Positions 12,130 to 21,871 of a stretch of DNA of 64,000 bases are shown piece after piece; positions within the stretch are counted from its first letter, which is position 1; every line of letters begins with the position of its first letter. The DNA is taken from the NCBI GenBank assembly GCA_964022095.1, contig CAXHZO010000001.1, forward strand, positions 1-64,000. The letters run 5' to 3'. The DNA is from an uncultured Arcobacteraceae bacterium (lineage in GTDB: Bacteria; Campylobacterota; Campylobacteria; Campylobacterales; Arcobacteraceae). The notes under the pieces were generated by a model that was not told where the DNA came from, searched no databases, and saw only the letters and a program-made list of their open reading frames with translations. The translations under genes were made by a program, and so were the position numbers.

Positions 12130-13150
12130 TTTAGAAGGTTTAAAACTACCTAGCAAAAAAGAAGAAGAATTTTTAAAAATAAACTTTGATCCACTTTTTT
12201 CACAAGATTTTAAAAGTGTTGAAACACTTGAGTTTGATATTATGGGATTAGAAGAAGTTATTGATGAAAATAACTATACTTCACCACTGTTTGATATAAC
12301 TAGAAATTTTGATATTAAACAAAAGATATTAAAAATAAATACAAATATTCAAGAACCAATATTTTTAATTCATAAAATCAAAGAAGACGATACATTTTTT
12401 ACAAATTCTCTAAAAATAGAAGTTGGTGAAAATATAAAAGCTCAAGTAGTTGAATTATTTATAACAAGTGGACAAAATAGTGCTTTAAGTATTAATAGAA
12501 ATATTCATTTACAAGAAAATGCAAATTTAGAGTATGTAAAGATTCAAGATGTAAATAAAACAAACTCAATGCTTTTTAATACTTCAATAAATCAAGATGA
12601 AAACTCAAATCTAGATTTTTCAAACTTTGAGTATGGTGATGGTTTTATTGTAAATACGGCCTCTAATATTATTGAAAAACAAGATGTAAACTATAGTATA
12701 AATGGATTAGTAAAATTAAGTGATGATGCATCATGTGCAAACTTAATTAGAACTACTCACAATGAAAAAAGTTCTATTAGCAATGTAAATTACAAACACT
12801 CATTAAAAGATAGTTCAAAAGCAGTTTTTAAAGCAAAATCAATAGTAAATGAATCTGCACAGTTTTCAAAAGCTTTTCAAAACTGTAATACAATTTTATT
12901 AAGTGATGATGCAACTATATATGCGCAACCTCATTTAGAAATATTTATAGATGAACTTGAAGCAAGTCATGGTGCTACAACTGGTACTTTAAACAAAGAG
13001 CAATTATTATACTTACAATCAAGGGGTATTTCAAAAGAGATTGCTTATAATATGTTATTAGAGGCATTTGAAAAAGATATTGCGCAAAACTTAAAAGATG
13101 ATCTGGTAAAAGAGTTTGTGCAAGGATATGATAGGAGCAAATATGTTTAA
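12116..13150 (+). CDS. sufD: Fe-S cluster assembly protein SufD
   Basis: PHLEIFIDELEASHGATTG, LLYLQSRGI; operon position. Confidence 0.9.
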   Translation: MKVNNLEGLKLPSKKEEEFLKINFDPLFSQDFKSVETLEFDIMGLEEVIDENNYTSPLFDITRNFDIKQKILKINTNIQEPIFLIHKIKEDDTFFTNSLKIEVGENIKAQVVELFITSGQNSALSINRNIHLQENANLEYVKIQDVNKTNSMLFNTSINQDENSNLDFSNFEYGDGFIVNTASNIIEKQDVNYSINGLVKLSDDASCANLIRTTHNEKSSISNVNYKHSLKDSSKAVFKAKSIVNESAQFSKAFQNCNTILLSDDATIYAQPHLEIFIDELEASHGATTGTLNKEQLLYLQSRGISKEIAYNMLLEAFEKDIAQNLKDDLVKEFVQGYDRSKYV

Positions 13151-14327
13151 AAAAGATTTTCCTTATTTTGAAAATAGTGGAATCACATATTTAGATAATG
13201 GAGCTACAACTCAAAAACCAAAAAGTGTAATTGATTCACAAATAGATTATTACACTAAATACTGTGCAAATACACACAGAAGTAATTTTGGTGATGCAAA
13301 TAAAGCTACAACTGAATATGAAAACACTAGAAAAATTCTAAAAGAGTTTATCAACGCTTCAAAAAATGAGGAGATAATTTTTACAAAAGGAGTAACTGAA
13401 TCAATAAACTTTATTGCAAGTTCATTTGCAGTTGATTTTGAGACAGTTATTATCTCTTCATTAGAACATCACTCAAATATTGTTCCTTGGCATATGCAAG
13501 GAAGAACAATAGGAAAAGGATTAGAAGTAGTAAAATGTGATGAGAGATTAAACTTTGATATGGAGCATTTTGAAGAGTTACTAAAAGCAAATCCAAAAGC
13601 TTTTGTAAGTGTAACTCATATTTCAAATGCCTTTGGAGAAATTCATGATATTAAAGCTATTACTAAATTAGCTCACTCATATGGTGCAGTGGTACTAGTT
13701 GATGGAGCTCAAAGTTTAGCCCATCTAAAAGTTGATATGCAAGAGTTTGATTGTGATTTTTTTGCAATTTCAGGACATAAAACATTTGCCCCAACAGGAG
13801 TTGGTGCGATTTATGTAAAAGAGCAATATTTAAATGAATTAAAACCTTATCAAACAGGTGGAGCCACTATACATGAAGTTGATTTTTATAAATCAACACT
13901 ACTTGATTCTCCTTATAAGTTTGAAGCAGGAACACAAAATATAGCAGGTGTTATAGGTTTTGGAAAAGCAATTGAGTACTTAACTCATGTAGGATATGAG
14001 AATATTGAATTAATTGAAAATGATGTTTATAAATACTTACATAATGAATTAGAAAAACTTGATGGCATAGTTTTTTATAATGATATAGATAACTGTGTAG
14101 GAAGTGTAAGTTTTAATTTTGAAGGAATAATTCATGATGATATTGGAATCTTAGTTGATAAGATGAAAATAGCACTTAGAGTTGGTCATCACTGTGCTCA
14201 ACCTATTATGAAACAGCTTGATATAAAAGGAACTATTAGAGTTTCAATTGCATTTTATAATGATTATAAAGATGTAGATACACTAATAGATGCACTAAAA
14301 AGAGCTTTAAAGATGTTAAGGGATTAA
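13143..14327 (+). CDS. sufS: SufS-type cysteine desulfurase
   Basis: YLDNGATTQKP, EHHSNIVPW, SGHKTFAPTG, RVGHHCAQP; AGGAG SD before ATG 13143. Confidence 0.93.
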   Translation: MFKKDFPYFENSGITYLDNGATTQKPKSVIDSQIDYYTKYCANTHRSNFGDANKATTEYENTRKILKEFINASKNEEIIFTKGVTESINFIASSFAVDFETVIISSLEHHSNIVPWHMQGRTIGKGLEVVKCDERLNFDMEHFEELLKANPKAFVSVTHISNAFGEIHDIKAITKLAHSYGAVVLVDGAQSLAHLKVDMQEFDCDFFAISGHKTFAPTGVGAIYVKEQYLNELKPYQTGGATIHEVDFYKSTLLDSPYKFEAGTQNIAGVIGFGKAIEYLTHVGYENIELIENDVYKYLHNELEKLDGIVFYNDIDNCVGSVSFNFEGIIHDDIGILVDKMKIALRVGHHCAQPIMKQLDIKGTIRVSIAFYNDYKDVDTLIDALKRALKMLRD

Positions 14328-14329
14328 AA

Positions 14330-14737
14330 ATGAGTATAGAAAAAAGAGTAGAAGACTTTAAAGAAGATTTAGATTTCTTTGAAGACGAATTACAAAAATA
14401 TGAATATATTATAGATTTAGGGAAAAAGCTTGATAAGTTTCCTGAAGATGATCAAATACCAGCAAATATAGTACATGGATGTACTTCACAAGTTTGGTTA
14501 ACAAAAGAGATTAAAGATGGTAAATTATACTTTCATGGAACTAGTGATGCTATTATTGTAAAGGGTTTAGTTTATATGATATTAAAGATTTTTTCAGACT
14601 CTACAGTAGAAGAATTAAAAGAAGTAGATATGGATATAGTTCATGAACTTGATTTATCAGAAGTTATTACTCCTAATAGACAAAGTGGAGTAATTGGAAT
14701 GATGAAAAAGATAAAAGAGTATGCGCAAAACGCATAA
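14330..14737 (+). CDS. sufE: sulfur acceptor SufE
   Basis: YIIDLGKKL, VHGCTSQVW, SDAIIVKGL. Confidence 0.93.
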   Translation: MSIEKRVEDFKEDLDFFEDELQKYEYIIDLGKKLDKFPEDDQIPANIVHGCTSQVWLTKEIKDGKLYFHGTSDAIIVKGLVYMILKIFSDSTVEELKEVDMDIVHELDLSEVITPNRQSGVIGMMKKIKEYAQNA

Positions 14738-14747
14738 AGGATAAAAA

Positions 14748-15095
14748 ATGCAAACAAATTTTAATAAAGAAGAAATTACACAAAAAATTATTACAAATTT
14801 AAAAAATGTTTTTGACCCAGAAATACCAGCAAATGTTTATGACTTAGGGTTAATATATGAAATAAATTTAGAAGAGCAAGGCAACTATTTACACTGTGTT
14901 ATAGAAATGACTCTTACAAGTCCAGCTTGTCCCGTAGCAGAAAGCTTAGTAGAACAAGTGAAATACGTAACACTAGCAGTTGATGAAGTTGATGAAGCAA
15001 AAGTAAACCTTACATTTACTCCACCTTGGAGTCCTGAAAAAATGACAGAAGAAGCAAGAGAAATTATGGGAGCAAGTGGAGCAGCAATGTTCTAA
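14748..15095 (+). CDS. sufT: DUF59/SufT-like Fe-S assembly protein
   Basis: VFDPEIPANVYDLGLIY, MTLTSPACPVAE, PPWS. Confidence 0.85.
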   Translation: MQTNFNKEEITQKIITNLKNVFDPEIPANVYDLGLIYEINLEEQGNYLHCVIEMTLTSPACPVAESLVEQVKYVTLAVDEVDEAKVNLTFTPPWSPEKMTEEAREIMGASGAAMF

Positions 15096-15114
15096 TGAAA
15101 AAGAAGGATAAATT

Positions 15115-15267
15115 ATGGAAATAGCTGTTTTATTAGTTTATATTGGATTATTTGCAATAGCTATTATTTTATCTTTCGCTTCTATTAAATACTTCATAAC
15201 TATGTGGAAATTTAAAAATAGAAAAAAAGATGGAAGTGAAGATAAACATTTTAAGTATTTTGACTAG
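15115..15267 (+). CDS. 50-aa single-TM small protein at the end of the suf operon
   Basis: AAGGA SD + ATG; MEIAVLLVYIGLFAIAIILSFASIKYFITMWKFKNRKKDGSEDKHFKYFD*. Confidence 0.65.
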   Translation: MEIAVLLVYIGLFAIAIILSFASIKYFITMWKFKNRKKDGSEDKHFKYFD

Positions 15268-15289
15268 ATGAAGAAATAACATTAACTTC

Positions 15290-15548
15290 ATAGCAATATA
15301 ATAAAATACTTGACTTTCAACAAAAAATTCTAAATATCGTTTCAGATAATTACCAAACTTTGAAAGAATACTAGATCTTGATGTTGATTTTATTAAAATT
15401 GATTCTAAATATATAAAAAAATATTGATATTCCTTGTATTACAGAATTTGTTCATAACCAAGAAGTACAAAAGATAATTAATGAACTTGGAATTAATTTC
15501 TCTCAAGGTTACTATTTTAGTGAACCAAAGAAAAACTTGATTAGCTAG
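15290..15548 (+). pseudogene. collapsed remnant of an EAL-domain phosphodiesterase gene
   Basis: NFERILDLDVDFIKIDSKYIK, then a frameshift in an A run, then NIDIPCITEFVHNQEVQKIINELGINFSQGYYFSEPK*; no start, internal deletions. Confidence 0.8.
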
Positions 15549-16378
15549 TTTTTTTTCAAAGCTAAGAAAATACCAAGAATTATTACAATTGTAGAAACTG
15601 TTAATTCAAAACTAATTAATTCACCTAAAAATACTACACTTAAAATTATTGCAATAATAGGAACTAGTAGTTGTAAAATACTTGCAGTCATAATTTCAAT
15701 TTTTGGTAAAACTTCATACCAAATTACATATCCTAAAGCTGAAGTGATTGCACCAGAAGTTATAGCTAAAGTAAATGTATAAAAATCATATTTAAATTCA
15801 CTAATAAAAAATATCATAAATAAAATACAAAAAATTGTTGCTTTTACAAAATTATCAGTTGTATTAAATACTGCATTTGTGGATTTTTTGCCTAATACAC
15901 TATAAATAGCCCATGCAATACCAGAGACTATCATCAAAAAACTATGATACAAAGATAGCGAAAAATCATCTTTTGGATAAAGTAAATAAACTAATCCTAA
16001 AAATGCAAGGCCTACACCAAGGGCTTTATTAAAAGTAAATTTTTCTTTATAAAAAATAGCTATTAAAATCATACTTAATTGAACAACTGCAAATAGTATT
16101 AAAGTTCCTACTCCTGCTTCCATATTTATATAAGAGTATGAAAAACAAATTGCATATAAAAAAAGCATAAATCCACTAAGATAGTTTTTTTTCATATTTA
16201 TTTTTAGATTTTTGTTCTTATAAAAAAAGGTTAATGATAATATTATAGCCCCAGAAAATAGCCTAAAAAATGTAAAACTAAAAGCATCTATGTTTTGTGT
16301 AACTATAGCCATACGAGCTAAAATAGAATTTGCACTTAAAAAAACTAAAGCAATACAAATATAGATAAAAAGTTGCAA
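15545..16378 (-). CDS. DMT/EamA-family transporter
   Basis: About 10 TM segments, FTFFRL, WAIYSVLGK, GYVIWY. Confidence 0.88.
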   Translation of the reverse strand: MQLFIYICIALVFLSANSILARMAIVTQNIDAFSFTFFRLFSGAIILSLTFFYKNKNLKINMKKNYLSGFMLFLYAICFSYSYINMEAGVGTLILFAVVQLSMILIAIFYKEKFTFNKALGVGLAFLGLVYLLYPKDDFSLSLYHSFLMIVSGIAWAIYSVLGKKSTNAVFNTTDNFVKATIFCILFMIFFISEFKYDFYTFTLAITSGAITSALGYVIWYEVLPKIEIMTASILQLLVPIIAIILSVVFLGELISFELTVSTIVIILGIFLALKKN

Positions 16379-16394
16379 ATTATGCCTTTAATTT

Positions 16395-17021
16395 TTATGA
16401 CCAAAGTTGTAATTTAGGAAGGTGAGAAACAGCTTTGATTATATCTGTTTTTGAAACAATCCCAACAAGTATATCATCTTCACTTACAACTGGAATTGCA
16501 TCTAATCTAAAATCAATCATTACTTTTGCAACCCTTCTAATATCAGTAACTGGATCAGTTGTGATAACCTCATCAAGATATAAATCTTCTATTTTTCTAT
16601 TTAATATATTTTCAATATTTGATATATCATCCATTATTAGATTCAAAATCATTCTTTTATTTATCATTCCCATGATTTTTTTACCAAACCCTAATATAGG
16701 CACTTGATTTACTTTTACACTTTTTAACTCTTCATAGGCTTCTCTTAAAGTAATAGTAGTATCGATATAATGAGGATCAACTGTCATAATATCTTTTACG
16801 TGAAATACTTGCTCACTTGTGTCAATATTAGAAACTTTTTTATATACATTTATAGCATGCTGCTCATCTTTTTGCTTTTTAGAGTTTAGATACTCTTGAA
16901 AAAGGTCATCATCGTCTGGTTTTAAAGGCACTTTATCAGGAGCATCAGTTTTTTTAAGTTCATATAAATTGTCAACTGTACTTCTAAAACCTACACTACC
17001 GTTATTGTAAATTGCAAACAT
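16395..17021 (-). CDS. CBS domain-containing protein
   Basis: VKDIMT...VNQVPI and AIPVVSEDDILVGIVSKTDII CBS pair. Confidence 0.88.
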   Translation of the reverse strand: MFAIYNNGSVGFRSTVDNLYELKKTDAPDKVPLKPDDDDLFQEYLNSKKQKDEQHAINVYKKVSNIDTSEQVFHVKDIMTVDPHYIDTTITLREAYEELKSVKVNQVPILGFGKKIMGMINKRMILNLIMDDISNIENILNRKIEDLYLDEVITTDPVTDIRRVAKVMIDFRLDAIPVVSEDDILVGIVSKTDIIKAVSHLPKLQLWS

Positions 17022-17108
17022 TTTAAACCTTTTAAAATCTAATTATAAAAAATTATAACTAAAAGTGCTTTATTATCAATAGTAAAAGTAAAACTACTAA
17101 CAGACTTT

Positions 17109-17954
17109 TTAGAATTTATAAATTAAAAATATTGCTGTAACCTTTGTATCTACATCATCTTTATTTTCTGGTAACTCTTTTCCATTTTGATATGAATATT
17201 TTGCAAGAATATCAAAGTTTTTAAACTTCTTTCCAAATGAAAACATATATGTTTTATCTTGTTGCATTGCATGATGTTGAACTTTCATTCCATTATCTAA
17301 TACTGTGAAAATTCTCTTTCCAAAAAATGCACCTATACCTGCTGTAAATCCATTATAATTCGCACCAAGTTTTAATCCAGTTGTGAAATAATCTTTGTCT
17401 TTAAAAGTATAAGTACTATAATTAGACCCATCAATATCTATTTTTTTTGCAAGAAGTATAGCTTTTAATTTTAAATTATTGATTTTAAAACCCTTTGCTA
17501 AACTGACATCATATTGGTTTACATTAAAATCTTTATAATCACTTTTATAATAATTTATTGAACTTACAAAACCTTTTGAGATATTATAATTTGCACCTAC
17601 TCCATAAACTTTACCTTGATCAGTTGGAGCTAAATTATCAATGATTTTTATAAATGAACCTTTTAAACTTAATGTATCATTTAAATTATATTTATATTTT
17701 GCACTATATTTCTCAACATCTAATGATTGCAAATTTACGTTTGTAATTAAATGTTTTCTATTAACATTATCAGATTGAATACCTACTTTTATCTCATGAT
17801 TTTTATCAAAATATTTATAGTCTATATTTTGCACTTTCCCATCTATTTTTGTCATTGAGTTATTATAATCTTTATTTCCATATTGGTATGAAATTTCACT
17901 ATTAGCATATATAATACTACTTAATAGTAAAGTAACAAGAAGGTTTTTTCTCAT
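17109..17954 (-). CDS. putative outer membrane beta-barrel protein
   Basis: Signal peptide, alternating aromatic/polar strands, C-terminal ...IFLIYKF. Confidence 0.65.
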   Translation of the reverse strand: MRKNLLVTLLLSSIIYANSEISYQYGNKDYNNSMTKIDGKVQNIDYKYFDKNHEIKVGIQSDNVNRKHLITNVNLQSLDVEKYSAKYKYNLNDTLSLKGSFIKIIDNLAPTDQGKVYGVGANYNISKGFVSSINYYKSDYKDFNVNQYDVSLAKGFKINNLKLKAILLAKKIDIDGSNYSTYTFKDKDYFTTGLKLGANYNGFTAGIGAFFGKRIFTVLDNGMKVQHHAMQQDKTYMFSFGKKFKNFDILAKYSYQNGKELPENKDDVDTKVTAIFLIYKF

Positions 17955-17969
17955 GATTTTCCTTAATTA

Positions 17970-17984
17970 TGCAACTTAGTTGCA
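17970..17984. promoter_or_regulatory. putative Zur box upstream of the OMP gene
   Basis: TGCAACTTAGTTGCA, matching the two boxes in the znuA-zur intergenic region. Confidence 0.65.
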
Positions 17985-18194
17985 ATTATTTGCCCGGAAT
18001 TATATTAGTTTTTTATTAATATAAACTTATAATATTATTATATTAAATACTTATAATTATTATGATTTAAGATTAAACTAATAAAGATGATTTGAAAAGG
18101 TAATTAAAGAGGTTTTAGGATTAAAAGAATGAAACTATTTTAGAAAAAGCTAGAGGAATATTCTAACTTTTAACTAAACACTGCATAAGTAAAA

Positions 18195-18272
18195 TTAAAA
18201 GCTAGAGCTAATGTACCCAATAGCTAAAAATGAAACTACTACTAATACAATTAAACTTCTTACGAAATTCAT
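18195..18272 (-). CDS. 25-aa hydrophobic peptide
   Basis: AAGGA-N6-ATG; MNFVRSLIVLVVVSFLAIGYISSSF*; own promoter-like region and a downstream imperfect hairpin at about 18145-18171. Confidence 0.55.
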   Translation of the reverse strand: MNFVRSLIVLVVVSFLAIGYISSSF

Positions 18273-18313
18273 TTCACATCCTTTAAAATTAATATTTTAG
18301 TTAAACTATTAAA

Positions 18314-18370
18314 AGTATATAGTAGATATGTCAATTTTAAAATGTAATATTCATTTACACTTTCTTGACA
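18314..18370 (-). promoter_or_regulatory. OmpR-type repeat promoter of the peptide gene
   Basis: Minus strand: TGTCAAgaaaGTGTAAA-N19-TTGACA-N9-TATACT. Confidence 0.6.
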
Positions 18371-18378
18371 AAATAAAA

Positions 18379-19767
18379 TTATGATTCAAAGTTTATTGAA
18401 AAAATATTATATGTTTTTTCATATTTATAATTTAATTTAAAATTATGCATTTGAACAATTTTATTCACAATATTAAGTCCTAAACCATGACCACTTTGAT
18501 GACTAGGATCTCTCGTAAATGGTTTTATATAATATATTAAATCACTAGAAAGCTCTTGAGCTATATTTTTTATAAATAATTCTTTATTTTGTGTTTGTAT
18601 TTTTATTGGATATTCTTGAGCATATTTTATTGCATTATCTATTAAGTTTTTTAGCGCAATTGTTAAGTAGTATTTATCTGCAATAATCTCAAAATCACTT
18701 TCAATATCAATTATAACTTTTGACTCATCATCAATTGATAATTTAGATAAAGACTCAAGAATTAAACTACTTACTTTAAATTTTGATGAATTTACTTTTG
18801 CAAAGTTTAATTTTTCTCTTTGAAGGAGTTTACTAGTAAGCTCTTCTATATCTATAAACACACTATTAATACTATTTATTTCTGAAATATCACTTTTAGT
18901 TTTTAAGTTTTCTATTAAAAACTTTCCTTTTGTGATTGGTGTTTTTAATTCATGACTAATATTTCTTAAAAGTTCTTCTCTAGAATGAATAATATCACTT
19001 TGTTTTTCTAGGTATGAATTTAGGTTATTGGTAATTTCACTTAGTTCATTATTTTTACCAATATCAACTTTGATAATATTTTCCTCATCTTTGAATAATT
19101 GAAGAACCCCTTTATTCAATTTATCTAGCATCACTTTTATTTCATTTGTTATTTTTGATGAGATTATAAAAGAAAGTAAAAATGCAACAAAAAGAAGTAT
19201 TACTAATTCAAGTTTAATTGTCTCAATAAAATTATCTCTACTATCTTCACTCATTCCTAATCTATGCTCTAAATAAGCAATTTCCTCAATCAAAAGTTTT
19301 TGAATTTGAGTACTAGTCTCTTCAAACTGCTTATTAAACTTTTCAAAACTTTTTTCAGTTTTACTTATTAGAACTAATTTATATAAATCATACTTTATTG
19401 TTTTTTCAATCTTTTCGAAATATGAAAAAATCAATTGTAAATTTTCTTTTTCTAATTTTGTCTCAGAATTATCAATAATAAGTTTTTTTTGAAGTAATAA
19501 ACTTTTAAAAAGTTTATCTGATTTTGCTAGACGTTTATTCACAATATCAATTTTTTCATAGTCTGTCACAATATCAAGAACAATCCAAGAAAAAGAGTTA
19601 TTAAACTCTTTTAATTTTTCAACTCTTCTTATTTGATCATATCTATGATTTTGAGACATATGTATTTCATTTAAATTATATATAGTATAAAAAAATACTC
19701 CTATAACAAAAATAAGAATACTTAAGAGTAAAAAAAATGAAATATATAGTCTTCTTTTAATTGTCAT
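18379..19767 (-). CDS. sensor histidine kinase
   Basis: Two TM segments, H-box LLRNISHELKTPIT, N-box KNLIDNAIKY, GHGLGL. Confidence 0.92.
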   Translation of the reverse strand: MTIKRRLYISFFLLLSILIFVIGVFFYTIYNLNEIHMSQNHRYDQIRRVEKLKEFNNSFSWIVLDIVTDYEKIDIVNKRLAKSDKLFKSLLLQKKLIIDNSETKLEKENLQLIFSYFEKIEKTIKYDLYKLVLISKTEKSFEKFNKQFEETSTQIQKLLIEEIAYLEHRLGMSEDSRDNFIETIKLELVILLFVAFLLSFIISSKITNEIKVMLDKLNKGVLQLFKDEENIIKVDIGKNNELSEITNNLNSYLEKQSDIIHSREELLRNISHELKTPITKGKFLIENLKTKSDISEINSINSVFIDIEELTSKLLQREKLNFAKVNSSKFKVSSLILESLSKLSIDDESKVIIDIESDFEIIADKYYLTIALKNLIDNAIKYAQEYPIKIQTQNKELFIKNIAQELSSDLIYYIKPFTRDPSHQSGHGLGLNIVNKIVQMHNFKLNYKYEKTYNIFSINFES

Positions 19768-20437
19768 TAATAAACTTGTACCCTATTCCCCAAACTGATT
19801 TAATATATTTAGATTCTTTAGAGTCATCATTAATTTTGAATCTAATATTACTTACATGCATATCAATTGTTCTATTTTTCGTATCTTCTTTTAAAGAAGT
19901 TTGATTCACAATATCTTCCCTTGAAACAACTTTATTCATATTTGCAATTAACATAAAAAATATTTCTGATTCTATTTTTGTAAACTCAATTTGCTGATTA
20001 TCTAAGAATACACTTGTCTTATTTAAATCAATTTGTAAATCATTTATTTTCATTTCGTTATCATCACTATATCTTTTTAGTGTGGCATCAATTCTAAGAA
20101 CCAGCTCTCTTGGTTCATAAGGTTTTGATAGATAATCATCTGCACCTAATTCAAATCCATAGATTTTATTTCCAATATCATCCCTTGCAGTTGATATTAT
20201 TATAGGTACATTTTTTATCTCTTTTAGTTTTTTAAAAAGATCAAAGCCATCCATTCTTGGAAGGCCTAAATCTAAAATGACTATTGAGTATTTTAAAGGA
20301 TTAGTTTCAAACTCTTCTAAAGCTTCTAATGGCTGAGAATATACACTACAAGTATAATTATAGTCTTTTAAAAAGCCACTTATTAGATTCTGTAATTCAA
20401 GATTATCCTCAATTAATAGAACATTTTTATTTTTCAC
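19757..20437 (-). CDS. OmpR-family response regulator
   Basis: LLIEDN, ILDLGLP, GADDYLSKPY, IKSVWGIGYKF. Confidence 0.94.
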   Translation of the reverse strand: MKNKNVLLIEDNLELQNLISGFLKDYNYTCSVYSQPLEALEEFETNPLKYSIVILDLGLPRMDGFDLFKKLKEIKNVPIIISTARDDIGNKIYGFELGADDYLSKPYEPRELVLRIDATLKRYSDDNEMKINDLQIDLNKTSVFLDNQQIEFTKIESEIFFMLIANMNKVVSREDIVNQTSLKEDTKNRTIDMHVSNIRFKINDDSKESKYIKSVWGIGYKFINDN

Positions 20438-20438
20438 A

Positions 20439-21773
20439 TTATCCTCTGTTTTTTGATACTGATTTTAACCAAAAATATCCAAATAAACCTGAAAATAAAG
20501 AAGCAGTTAAAATTCCTATTTTTGCTTGGAATATTAATTCAGGGCTTGAAATAAATGCTAAATCAGCAACAAATATAGACATAGTAAAACCAATTCCACC
20601 TAAGAATGCAACACCAAAGACTTGACTCATAGAACTATCTTTTGGAAGTTGTGCGATCTTTAGTTTAACTGCTAACCATGAAACACCAAAAATTCCAATT
20701 ACTTTACCAAAAATCAATCCTATAATAATTCCTAAAGATACAGGCTCAAGTACAGTTGATCCAATAGAGCTAAAATCAATTTTAATTCCTGCATTTGCTA
20801 ATGCAAAAATAGGAATAATTAATAAAGCTACAGGAAGATGAAGTGAATGTTCTAATTTAGATGCAGGTGTCCCAATTTCATCAATTTTATCTTTAATATT
20901 TGTTAATATTTTCTTTTGTTCTTCATGCATAATCTGATTTTTTTGTATTGGATATTTTTCATACTCTTCTAATAAATATTTTGTATCTTTTGAAAAACTT
21001 GCAGGTGCTCTTTTAGGAGTTGAAGGAATTGCTAAAGCAGCTAATACTCCAGCAATTGTTGCATGTACTCCTGATTCAAGCATAAAAAACCACATAAATA
21101 GACCAACAATAAAGTAAGGTAAAATCATGTGAATACCAAATCTATTAAAAAGTATCATCACTAAAAACATTACTCCTGCTAATGCTAAAGGAAGCATATT
21201 TATAGTTTCTGTATAAAATAAAGCAATAACTAAAACAGCCCCTAAATCATCAACAATAGCTAGAGCTACTAAGAATGTCACAAGAGCTGCTGGAACTCTT
21301 TTGCCTAATAATACCAAAGCACTAATTGCAAATGCAATATCAGTAGCCATAGGTATTCCCCATCCTCCAGCACCTGCTGTTCCATAGTTTAAACTTATGT
21401 AAATTAATGCTGGAAAAACCATCCCACCTACTGCTGCTAATATTGGAAGTAGTGCAACTTTTATATTAGATAATTCACCTGCTGTTATCTCTCTTTTTAT
21501 TTCTAATCCAATAAGAAAGAAAAATATTGCCATTAAACCATCATTTATCCAATGATGCAAAGAGTGTGAAAGTTCCCACGAGCCTACATTGAAATCTATT
21601 TTCATATGAAAAAAGTGTGAATATGCTTCATGTAAAGAAGTATTAGCTAATACTAATGCTAAAACAGTCATTAATATCAAAATTAAACCAGTTGTTGTTT
21701 GAGCATGTAAAAACTCTTCAAAAGGAGTTGATACTTTTTTAAAAGCCTTTTCCCAAGGTGCGTATAATTTCAT
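20439..21773 (-). CDS. nhaA: Na+/H+ antiporter NhaA (copy 1)
   Basis: HWINDGLMAIFF, GLEIKRE, PMATDIAFA, LAIVDDLGA, GIGFTMSIF. Confidence 0.94.
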   Translation of the reverse strand: MKLYAPWEKAFKKVSTPFEEFLHAQTTTGLILILMTVLALVLANTSLHEAYSHFFHMKIDFNVGSWELSHSLHHWINDGLMAIFFFLIGLEIKREITAGELSNIKVALLPILAAVGGMVFPALIYISLNYGTAGAGGWGIPMATDIAFAISALVLLGKRVPAALVTFLVALAIVDDLGAVLVIALFYTETINMLPLALAGVMFLVMILFNRFGIHMILPYFIVGLFMWFFMLESGVHATIAGVLAALAIPSTPKRAPASFSKDTKYLLEEYEKYPIQKNQIMHEEQKKILTNIKDKIDEIGTPASKLEHSLHLPVALLIIPIFALANAGIKIDFSSIGSTVLEPVSLGIIIGLIFGKVIGIFGVSWLAVKLKIAQLPKDSSMSQVFGVAFLGGIGFTMSIFVADLAFISSPELIFQAKIGILTASLFSGLFGYFWLKSVSKNRG

Positions 21774-21813
21774 TTAAAAATCCTATTTAGTAAATTTTTC
21801 TATATTAATGTAA

Positions 21814-21870
21814 ATTATACTTGATAAGTGTCAATAATCTTACGACATTTTTATTGACACTTTATTGACA
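21814..21870 (-). promoter_or_regulatory. OmpR-type repeat promoter of the nhaA-RR-HK operon
   Basis: Minus strand: TGTCAAtaaaGTGTCAA-N19-TTGACA-N9-TATAAT. Confidence 0.62.
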
Positions 21871-21871
21871 A

